Assembly: GCA_041613315.1 (NCBI GenBank)
Contig: JBFJHJ010000013.1
Coordinates: 6,932-70,931, forward strand
DNA: 64,000 nucleotides
Reading direction: 5' to 3'
From: Gemmatimonadales bacterium
GTDB taxonomy: Bacteria; Gemmatimonadota; Gemmatimonadetes; Gemmatimonadales; GWC2-71-9
A program made the position numbers and the translations under genes. Below are positions 47,834 through 55,532 of the stretch, one piece after another; position 1 is the first letter of the stretch; every line of letters begins with the position of its first letter. The notes under the pieces were generated by a model. It did not search any database, had not been told where the DNA came from, and saw only the letters and a list, made by a program, of their open reading frames with translations.

Positions 47834-49164
47834 GGCGTTCGGCCGTGGCGCTGCTGGGGGAGTCGCCGGCGCGCGCGACTCCCGGCGCTGAGCCCGTGCC
47901 ACACGTGGTCGCGTGGAACCTCACGCGCCGGTGCAACCTGGAGTGTGCCCACTGTTATATCGCGGCGGGGCCACAGGAGTCGGCAACGGACGAGCTGACC
48001 ACCCGGGAATGCCTCCGCATCGCAGACGAGATTCTCGCCCTCAACCCCGCGCCGATGTTCATCCTCTCGGGCGGCGAGCCGCTGTTGCGCGAGGACCTGA
48101 CCACCATCGCGGCGCATGCCAGCAGACGGGGGGCGACCGTCGTCGTGGGCACCAACGGTACGCTGCTGACGGATGACCGCATCGCCGCGCTGTGCGATGC
48201 CGGGGTAAGCGGCGTCGCGGTCAGCGTGGAGTCGCTGGACCCGTCGTACCACGATCGCTTCCGCCGCGGGCACGGCTCGCTCGCCGCGACGCGCGCGGCG
48301 GTGAAGCGCCTCGGCGTGCGCGGCGTGGACGTGGTGATCCAGACGACGATTACCAAGCACAACCGCGACGAGCTCCGACCGCTGGTGGCATGGGCGGCGG
48401 ATCAGGGCGCCGTCGCCTTCAATGCGTATTTCCTCGTGGCCACGGGACGCGGCGCCCGCATGAGCGGCCTCACCCCGGAAGGCTACGAAGCCGTGCTCGA
48501 GGAGTTGGTGGACCTGCACCAGACCTACCTCGGCCGATTGATGGTCCGGGCGAAATGCGCACCACAGTTCATGCGGCTGGTCCACCGCCGCATCCCCGAC
48601 TCCCCGATCCTCAACTATGCGACGCGGTGCCCCTGCGGCGTGCAGTACTGCCGGGTGACGCCGGACGGACAGGTGACGGCCTGCCCGTACCTGCCGCTGC
48701 CAGCGGGCGACTTGCGGACCCAGTCGTTTGCCGAGGTGTGGCGCGCCTCGCCGCTGTTCCGCGACCTGCGGCAGGGCACGCTGGGGGGGAAGTGCGGCAC
48801 CTGTGAGTATCGCCGGCTCTGCGGCGGCTGCCGGGCGCGTGCTTTCGCCACGGACGGCGATCCCCTCGGAGCGGATCCGTCGTGCGCGTACGAGCCGTCC
48901 GGCGACGTCCCGGTGATCGAGCCGGCGCGCGCCGTCACCTACGGGATGCCGGCCGTCCCAACCCTCCGCTGGACACCGGAAGCGGAAGCGCGCCTGCAAC
49001 GCATCCCGTCGTTTGTGCGCGGGGTGGTGGTCCGGCGGCTCGAGGACTACGCCCGTCGCGAGGGGAAGTCGGAGGTGACCGTCGACCTGATGGACGAGGT
49101 GCGGAAGACCATGCCGGTGGATTTCTCGAAACGCCTGCCGTTCTTCGCGCGCCATGACCGCTGA
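47830..49164 (+). CDS. Radical SAM/SPASM protein, AhbD/NirJ heme-biosynthesis-like, with C-terminal PCP_red-like domain
   Basis: VAWNLTRRCNLECAHC, SGGEP, KCAPQF, SPASM GKCGTCEYRRLCGGCRARA..DPSC; WTPEAEARLQRIPSFVRG. Confidence 0.88.
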   Translation: MRRSAVALLGESPARATPGAEPVPHVVAWNLTRRCNLECAHCYIAAGPQESATDELTTRECLRIADEILALNPAPMFILSGGEPLLREDLTTIAAHASRRGATVVVGTNGTLLTDDRIAALCDAGVSGVAVSVESLDPSYHDRFRRGHGSLAATRAAVKRLGVRGVDVVIQTTITKHNRDELRPLVAWAADQGAVAFNAYFLVATGRGARMSGLTPEGYEAVLEELVDLHQTYLGRLMVRAKCAPQFMRLVHRRIPDSPILNYATRCPCGVQYCRVTPDGQVTACPYLPLPAGDLRTQSFAEVWRASPLFRDLRQGTLGGKCGTCEYRRLCGGCRARAFATDGDPLGADPSCAYEPSGDVPVIEPARAVTYGMPAVPTLRWTPEAEARLQRIPSFVRGVVVRRLEDYARREGKSEVTVDLMDEVRKTMPVDFSKRLPFFARHDR

Positions 49165-50845
49165 CCTGACATTCCTGCTCCAGGCGGCGGCCGACACCGC
49201 GGGCGCCTACGGACACTTCCCCGGCGTCGGCGCGCGCGGCGCCGTGTGGATCGCCGCGGAAGTGCATCTCATGTTCGCGGCGTTCGTGCTTGGCGTGCCG
49301 ATGTTCGCGGTGATCACCGAGCTCATCGGCATCGTCACCAAGGACCCGAAGTACGACACGCTGTCCAAGGAGTTCACCCGGCTCCTGGTCTTCGCCTACA
49401 GCGCCACGGCGTTGTGGGGCGCGGTGCTCGTCTTCTTTCTGACGACGCTGTACCCGCGGTTCTGGAACCACATGACGGAGATCTTTCACCTGTCCATGTG
49501 GATCTACGTCGGAGTGTTCTTCGTCGAGTCCTTCACGCTCTACCTCTATTACTACGGGTGGGACCGCTGGAAGGCGGGACGGGCGAAGCTCGGCCATTGG
49601 GGGCTGGGCGTGCTGCTGAACGTGTGGGGCACCATCGTGATGTTCATCGCGAACGGGTGGCTCACGTACATGATGTCGCCGCCCTCCGGAGCCACGCCCC
49701 AGGGCCTCCCGCCCGAGGTGAGCCTCTGGAATGCGATCGCCAACGCGACGTGGATGCCGATCAACATCCATCGGCTGATCGGGAATGCGGTCTTCGGCGG
49801 GACGATCGTGGCGGCCTACGCGGGCTACCGCTTCCTCTCGGCGAAGACCGACGAGGAGCGGGCCCATTACGACTGGATGGGCTACGTCGGCAACTTCATC
49901 GCGATTTCGACGTTCATCGTGCTGCCCTTCGCGGGCTACTACCTGGGCCGGGAGATCTACGAGTACAACCAACAGATGGGCATCACCATGATGGGCGGCT
50001 TCATGAGCTGGCTGTGGATCGTGCAGGCCGTGCTCATCGGCGTGCTGTTTCTGGCCGCGAATTACTACCTGTGGATCGGCATGGGGCGCATTCCGGGAGC
50101 GGAACGATTCATGCCGTATACGAAGTGGATGCTGCTCGTCCTCGTAGTCGGCTGGCTGGTGTGGGCGACGCCGCACACCATGATCGCCAGTCGTGAAGAG
50201 CTGGCCGCCATGGGCGGATCGCACCACCCCTTCCTCGACGTCCTGGGGGTGATGAGCGCGAAGAACACGGCCGTCAACCTCATGATCCTCACGACGTTCT
50301 TGTCGTTCCTCCTGTACCGCCGCGCCAACAAGCGGCCCGTGGTGCCGTGGGCCAGGAGCGGCACGATCGTCCAGAGCGCCATGTTCGGCATCGCCGTGGC
50401 GGTCGTCGTGGGGTACGGCATCGCGGGGTACTTCGTCCCCGACATCGTGCGGATCGGGTACAGTGTCTATCAGGTCCTGACCGTGCTGGCGTGTATCATC
50501 GGCGTCACGGTGGTCGATCTGGCGCTGGTGCGCGGCGCGGAATCCCGGGGGGCGATCCGCTGGGGACGAATGCCGGAGCGCTCGCAATACGCCCTCTTCG
50601 TCTTGGCCGTGACCTTCACGTGGCTCATGGGGTTGATGGGGTTCGCCCGCAGCGGGATCCGCCAACACTGGCACGTCTGGGAAGTCTTGCGCGACACCAG
50701 TCCGTTCGCCGCCACGCCCCCGCTCGGCGCGGCCGCTAACATGATCAGCGTCTGCGTCGTGATCTTTCTCGCGCTGGTGGCATTCATCTTCTGGCTGGGT
50801 GGCCTGGCCGAGAAAGCCGTGGCCAAGCCGGCAGCGAGGGCCTGA
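49154..50845 (+). CDS. Cytochrome bd subunit I-like (CydA-like) oxidoreductase lacking the Q-loop
   Basis: EVHLMFAAFVLG, FFVES..YYYGWDR, ANGW, NIHRLIG, ARSGIRQHW; about 13 TM. Confidence 0.85.
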   Translation: MTADLTFLLQAAADTAGAYGHFPGVGARGAVWIAAEVHLMFAAFVLGVPMFAVITELIGIVTKDPKYDTLSKEFTRLLVFAYSATALWGAVLVFFLTTLYPRFWNHMTEIFHLSMWIYVGVFFVESFTLYLYYYGWDRWKAGRAKLGHWGLGVLLNVWGTIVMFIANGWLTYMMSPPSGATPQGLPPEVSLWNAIANATWMPINIHRLIGNAVFGGTIVAAYAGYRFLSAKTDEERAHYDWMGYVGNFIAISTFIVLPFAGYYLGREIYEYNQQMGITMMGGFMSWLWIVQAVLIGVLFLAANYYLWIGMGRIPGAERFMPYTKWMLLVLVVGWLVWATPHTMIASREELAAMGGSHHPFLDVLGVMSAKNTAVNLMILTTFLSFLLYRRANKRPVVPWARSGTIVQSAMFGIAVAVVVGYGIAGYFVPDIVRIGYSVYQVLTVLACIIGVTVVDLALVRGAESRGAIRWGRMPERSQYALFVLAVTFTWLMGLMGFARSGIRQHWHVWEVLRDTSPFAATPPLGAAANMISVCVVIFLALVAFIFWLGGLAEKAVAKPAARA

Positions 50846-50849
50846 CGCC

Positions 50850-51641
50850 ATGTGGCTCACGAACCTGAAAGTGGGGGCCGTCGGGCTGCTGGTGATCCTG
50901 TTCTATACGGCCGTGGCCCACGTGATCCCGCAGCTGCAGTCGGAAGTGCCGCAAGCCGTGGCGCTCGGCGACGATGTGAGCCCTGCCGTGCTGGCCGCCA
51001 CCGGCGAACAGGTCTACAACGGTGCGGGGGGGTGCACCGCCTGTCACGGGCTGGGTACCCGCGCGCCCAACCTGCTCACCGACTACGCGGGGCAGGGACC
51101 CATCGGGGCGCGCTGCCAGCAGCGGCTCGATGCCGACTGTAAGCGCTACCTGCACGCGTCGCTGACGCACCCCGGTGACTCGGTCGTGCTGCCGTTCGCG
51201 AACATCATGCCCGACGTCGCCCGCCAGTTGGGCGACCCGCGCGCGGTGTGGGCCCTCGTGGCGTTCCTGCAAGCGCAGGGCGGTGAGATCACCGTGACGG
51301 CCGATGATGTCCAATCTGCCGCCGCCCGTGAAGCACCGGCGAGCGGGGGCGGCGAGGCGGTCGCCCGGTCGGCGACGATGGACCCGCGGCAGCTCCTCCA
51401 GGAGCACGCCTGTACGGGCTGTCACGCGATCGACGGGGCCGGACCTCCGATCGGGCCGTCCTTCGACGGCATCGGGTCCCGGATCTCCGCGAACCAGATC
51501 CGCCGCGGCATCCTCGATCCCGATGCAGAGGTCACCCGCGGGTTCGAACCGTTCGCAGGGATGATGCCCAAGACCTTCGGGCAGCAACTGTCGGCAGCCC
51601 AGCTGGAAGCGATCGTGCAATTCCTGGCGAACCGCAAGTGA
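50850..51641 (+). CDS. Membrane-anchored diheme cytochrome c
   Basis: N-terminal TM; CTACH..IMP and CTGCH..MMP. Confidence 0.9.
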   Translation: MWLTNLKVGAVGLLVILFYTAVAHVIPQLQSEVPQAVALGDDVSPAVLAATGEQVYNGAGGCTACHGLGTRAPNLLTDYAGQGPIGARCQQRLDADCKRYLHASLTHPGDSVVLPFANIMPDVARQLGDPRAVWALVAFLQAQGGEITVTADDVQSAAAREAPASGGGEAVARSATMDPRQLLQEHACTGCHAIDGAGPPIGPSFDGIGSRISANQIRRGILDPDAEVTRGFEPFAGMMPKTFGQQLSAAQLEAIVQFLANRK

Positions 51642-52450
51642 GCATCATGCATCAGGTCAAAGAAGCGCTCCGACATCCGTTCTGGCAGGCGGTACTGCTG
51701 CTGGTCGGGGCGTACGTGCTGTTCAAGTTCGGCGTCGCGTATCTGCCACCCGTGTTTGGCGTACCCAGCGCGCCGGTGCCCCGGAGCGTCCTGCTCCAGT
51801 ACATGCTCACGGCGCTCGTCGGCATCCTGATCTACGTGAGCGACAACGAAGAACGCTGGCGCCGGTTCAAGGCGCCGATCGCCGCCACTCTCGTCGACGC
51901 CGACAAGCGCTGGCTCCGGGGGGCGCTGCTCGTGCTCGGGCCGGCGCTGGTCGGGTTCGTCGCGTACGAACAGGTACGTCCCAAGGTGTCGGCGCCCGTC
52001 CAGCTCCGCTCGATACACCCGGCGCCGCCGGGGCAGATCACGTTCCGCGGTCAGACCATCGCGCTCGACACGCTGCAGAACCCGCTTCGGGCACGGGGCT
52101 CGCTCGAGGAGCACGTGGCGGCCGGCCGGCGCATCTACTATCAGAACTGTCTTCCCTGCCACGGTGACCTGCTGGACGGCCGGGGGCACTTCGGGCACGG
52201 CTTCAACCCCACGCCCCTCGCCTTCGACAAGGGGACCATCGCACAGCTGCGCGAGAGCTTCGTCTTCTGGCGGGTGGCGAAAGGGGGACCCGGCCTGCCG
52301 CGCGAAGGCGGGCCGTGGAACTCGGCCATGCCGGTGTGGGAGGACTTCCTCACAGCCGACGAGATCTGGGCCGTCGTGACCTTCATGTATGAGCAAGCGG
52401 GCGTGCAGCCACGCCAGCTCGGCGCGGGCGAGGGAGGGGGCCATGATTAG
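51638..52450 (+). CDS. Monoheme cytochrome c with about 3 N-terminal TM helices
   Basis: CLPCHG...SAMPVW. Confidence 0.9.
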   Translation: MSIMHQVKEALRHPFWQAVLLLVGAYVLFKFGVAYLPPVFGVPSAPVPRSVLLQYMLTALVGILIYVSDNEERWRRFKAPIAATLVDADKRWLRGALLVLGPALVGFVAYEQVRPKVSAPVQLRSIHPAPPGQITFRGQTIALDTLQNPLRARGSLEEHVAAGRRIYYQNCLPCHGDLLDGRGHFGHGFNPTPLAFDKGTIAQLRESFVFWRVAKGGPGLPREGGPWNSAMPVWEDFLTADEIWAVVTFMYEQAGVQPRQLGAGEGGGHD

Positions 52451-54062
52451 CCGGACCGGCGGCAGGGCGGTAGGGCGGTATGTCGCTCCGGTGACCAGAG
52501 CGGCCATCGCCCTGCTGACTCTTCTCGCTGCCGGACCGCCGCACCGCCTGACCGCCCAGGGGGAGGCGGGGGAGCCGGGCAAGGCGACCTACGACAAGTG
52601 GTGCGCCGAATGCCACGGCACGACCGGCGCCGGCGACGGAAGCGCCGCCCCGTTCATGCTGCCGAGGCCGCGCGACTTCACCCGTGCCCTGTACCAGATC
52701 CGCACGACGGCGAGCGGCGAGTTGCCGACGGACCGGGACATCCAGCGGGCGGTGGACGAGGGGATGCCGGGGACGGCGATGCCTGGGTGGAAAACGGAGC
52801 TCTCGGATCGGGAGCGGCGTGACGTCATCACGTACATCAAGGCCTTCTCGCGGTTCTTCGACGGCGCAGCACCCCAGCCCCTCGATTTCGGGAAGGCTCC
52901 GGGCCGATCGGCCGATGGGCTCGCCGAGGGCCGCCGCGTGTACGAGCAGCTCGAGTGCTTCAAGTGTCACGGGGACCAGGGCCGGGGGGACGGGCCGTCG
53001 GCGCCGACGCTGACGGATGACTGGGACCACCCCATCCGCGCGGCGAACCTGCACAAGCCGTGGACCTTCAACGGTGGCGGCACCGTGGAGCAGATTTACC
53101 GGCGCATCCGCACGGGCTTGGACGGCACGCCGATGCCGTCGTACTCCGACGCGCTTGCCGCGGGGCTGGTCACGGAGGAGCAGCTGTGGCGCGTCGCCCA
53201 GTATGTGCGGAGCTTGGGTCCCGAGGAATCTCCACCGCGCGTGCGCGACGTGTTCCGGGCGGTGCGGCTCGAGGGCGAGCTGCCGACGGGGCCGGACGAC
53301 GGTGCGTGGGCGGGGGTGGAAGGGTTCTACGTGCCGCTCGTCGGTCAAATCATCCGGAAGCCGCGGTGGTTCGCGCCCCGGGTGGACGCCGTCTGGGTCC
53401 AGGCCGTGCATGACGGACGGCGGCTGGCGCTGCGGCTCGCGTGGGACGACCCCTCGAAGAGCCCGGACCCGCTGTGGCAGGAGTCGACGGACCGGATGGC
53501 GGCCGCGGTGACCGATGTGGACGGCCCCGTGCCGACGGGACAGAGCGGCGATCGGTTCCATGTGCAGTTCCCGCTGCGGCTCACCGACGGGATGGAGCGG
53601 CCCTACTTCCTGGGTGGCGACGCGCGGCGGCCCGTGTACGATTGGCGCTGGTCGAGCGCACCCGATCGCCTGGAGGAGGGGACGGCGACGGGCCTCGACC
53701 GGTTCAATGCCGCCCCGGGCGGGCCGCAGGTGACGCACGCGGCCGTCTACGATCAGGGGCAATGGCGCCTGCAGCTCACGCGGGTGCTGGTGCCGGCGGA
53801 CTCGGCAGCTGCACTCACGTTCGTCGAAGGGCGGGCGATCCCGGTGGCGTTTTTCGCCGCGGACGGCAGTGACGGCGAGGTGGGCTTGCGCGGGTCGGTG
53901 AGCGCCTGGTACGCCGTCTATCTCGACGTGCCGACGCCCGTGTCGGCGTTCGTGACGCCGCTCGTGGCCGTGTTGCTTACGGCAGGCTTCGGTATCATGG
54001 TATTATGGAGAGCACAGCGGCGCGGCCGTGCGGCCGCGCGTCCTCACGCGGAGGGATCATGA
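52443..54062 (+). CDS. Diheme cytochrome c with EB_dh/DOMON-like domain and C-terminal TM anchor
   Basis: CAECH..GTAMP, CFKCH..GTPMP; VQAVHDG..LALRLAWDDP, GQWRLQLTR. Confidence 0.88.
   Translation: MISRTGGRAVGRYVAPVTRAAIALLTLLAAGPPHRLTAQGEAGEPGKATYDKWCAECHGTTGAGDGSAAPFMLPRPRDFTRALYQIRTTASGELPTDRDIQRAVDEGMPGTAMPGWKTELSDRERRDVITYIKAFSRFFDGAAPQPLDFGKAPGRSADGLAEGRRVYEQLECFKCHGDQGRGDGPSAPTLTDDWDHPIRAANLHKPWTFNGGGTVEQIYRRIRTGLDGTPMPSYSDALAAGLVTEEQLWRVAQYVRSLGPEESPPRVRDVFRAVRLEGELPTGPDDGAWAGVEGFYVPLVGQIIRKPRWFAPRVDAVWVQAVHDGRRLALRLAWDDPSKSPDPLWQESTDRMAAAVTDVDGPVPTGQSGDRFHVQFPLRLTDGMERPYFLGGDARRPVYDWRWSSAPDRLEEGTATGLDRFNAAPGGPQVTHAAVYDQGQWRLQLTRVLVPADSAAALTFVEGRAIPVAFFAADGSDGEVGLRGSVSAWYAVYLDVPTPVSAFVTPLVAVLLTAGFGIMVLWRAQRRGRAAARPHAEGS
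52458..52481 (+). repeat. Three tandem octamers inside a signal-peptide coding region
   Basis: ggcggcag ggcggtag ggcggtat; same unit as the array at 29504-29675. Confidence 0.6.
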
Positions 54063-54832
54063 GACGAGTCGTAGTGGCATCGGTCTGCATCGCATTCGGC
54101 GCGTTCGCTTGCGGTGGTGGAGAGAGTGGTGGCGGTGGGGGCGCGGGTACCGGCGGTGCAGCAGGTGGGCCGAGCGGCCCGATGGGCCAGGCCAGCGTCG
54201 CGGGGGTCGTGAACTTCCAGGGTACGGCGCCCGCCAATCCGACCATCGATATGGCCAAGGAACCGACGTGCCGCGACAAGTACTCGAGCGCGCCGAGGGA
54301 TCCGCAGGTGCTCGTCACCGATGGCAAGCTGGCGAACGTTTTCGTCTACGTGAAGAGCGGACTGCCGGCAGGAGCGAAGTATGCGGCGCCGGCGACCCCG
54401 GTGGAGCTGGACCAGGAGGGTTGCCTCTATCGTCCGCGGGTCTTCGGCGTAATGGTGAGCCAGACGGTCGCGATCAAGAACAGCGACGCGCTGATGCACA
54501 ACATCAAAGCCGTGCCTCACGAGAACCGCGGGTTCAACATCAGCCAGCCCACGGCGGGGATGACGACGACGCGGACGTTCAACACGCGCGAGATCATGGT
54601 CCCCTTCGAGTGCAACGTGCACGGCTGGATGCGCGCGTACGCGGGCGTCCTGGATCATCCGTTCTTCGCGACCTCGGCGCAGAACGGCACGTTCACGATC
54701 CCCCGGATGCCGGCGGGTACATACGAGCTGGAGGCGTGGCACGAGAAGTTCGGCACCCGGAGCGCGACGGTGACGGTGCCCGATACCGGAACGGTGCGCG
54801 TCGAGTTCCGGTTCAGCGCGTCGACGTCCTGA
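54059..54832 (+). CDS. Lipoprotein with cupredoxin-like domain inside a carboxypeptidase-regulatory-like fold
   Basis: AFAC lipobox, Gly linker; LDQEGC.YRP, MHNI...FECNVHGWM; PAGTYELEAWHE. Confidence 0.75.
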   Translation: MRRVVVASVCIAFGAFACGGGESGGGGGAGTGGAAGGPSGPMGQASVAGVVNFQGTAPANPTIDMAKEPTCRDKYSSAPRDPQVLVTDGKLANVFVYVKSGLPAGAKYAAPATPVELDQEGCLYRPRVFGVMVSQTVAIKNSDALMHNIKAVPHENRGFNISQPTAGMTTTRTFNTREIMVPFECNVHGWMRAYAGVLDHPFFATSAQNGTFTIPRMPAGTYELEAWHEKFGTRSATVTVPDTGTVRVEFRFSASTS

Positions 54833-54845
54833 CGGGAGACGGTGC

Positions 54846-55520
54846 ATGAACTGGCTTCTGCCGGGCGGCGTCTCGACGTTCGCCGGCGACATCGACCGCC
54901 TCTACTACGTGATCCTCGGCATCACGGGCGCGGCGTTCGTGATCGTCGAGGTCGCGCTGATCTGGTTCTTGATCAAGTACCGCGCCCGGCCGGGCCGGAA
55001 AGCGTATTACACGCACGGTAGCGTCAAGGCCGAGGTGATCTGGACGACGGTGCCGGCGGTGGTGGTGGTGATGATCGGCATTCTGAGCGGCGGAGTGTGG
55101 AACCAGATCCGGGGCCGCGACAGCGTGCCGCCGGGGGCGTTACCGCTGGCCGTGCACGCGAAGCAGTTCGAGTGGCTCGTCACCTATCCTGGTCCGGACG
55201 GCCAGCTCGGGACCGACGACGACTTCGAGCGGCGCAACGACCTGCGGCTCCCGGTGGACACGCCGATGGTGATCGCTCTGACCTCGGAGGACGTGATCCA
55301 TTCGTTCTTCATCCCGGAGTTCCGAGTGAAGCAGGACGTCGTGCCCGGCATGACGATCCGTGCCTGGTTCGAGGCCACCGCGACGGGTGAGTACTCGCTG
55401 GCCTGTGCCGAGCTCTGCGGGAACGGCCATACGACGATGGGCGGCACGGTGACCGTGCTGTCGCTGGACGAGTACACCCAGTGGCTCGCGGACCCGAGCC
55501 GAACCGTGGCTTCGCGGTAG
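54846..55520 (+). CDS. coxB: Cytochrome c oxidase subunit II, second copy (no fused cytochrome c)
   Basis: EVIWT, KQFEW, DVIHSFF, CAELCGNGHTTM. Confidence 0.95.
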   Translation: MNWLLPGGVSTFAGDIDRLYYVILGITGAAFVIVEVALIWFLIKYRARPGRKAYYTHGSVKAEVIWTTVPAVVVVMIGILSGGVWNQIRGRDSVPPGALPLAVHAKQFEWLVTYPGPDGQLGTDDDFERRNDLRLPVDTPMVIALTSEDVIHSFFIPEFRVKQDVVPGMTIRAWFEATATGEYSLACAELCGNGHTTMGGTVTVLSLDEYTQWLADPSRTVASR

Positions 55521-55532
55521 AGGAGCGCGCAC

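Noticed and set aside
44975..49164. Photosynthesis genes implied by PCP_red domains
   Set aside because: No BchL/N/B catalytic domains or other bch/puf genes; only the small accessory domain is present
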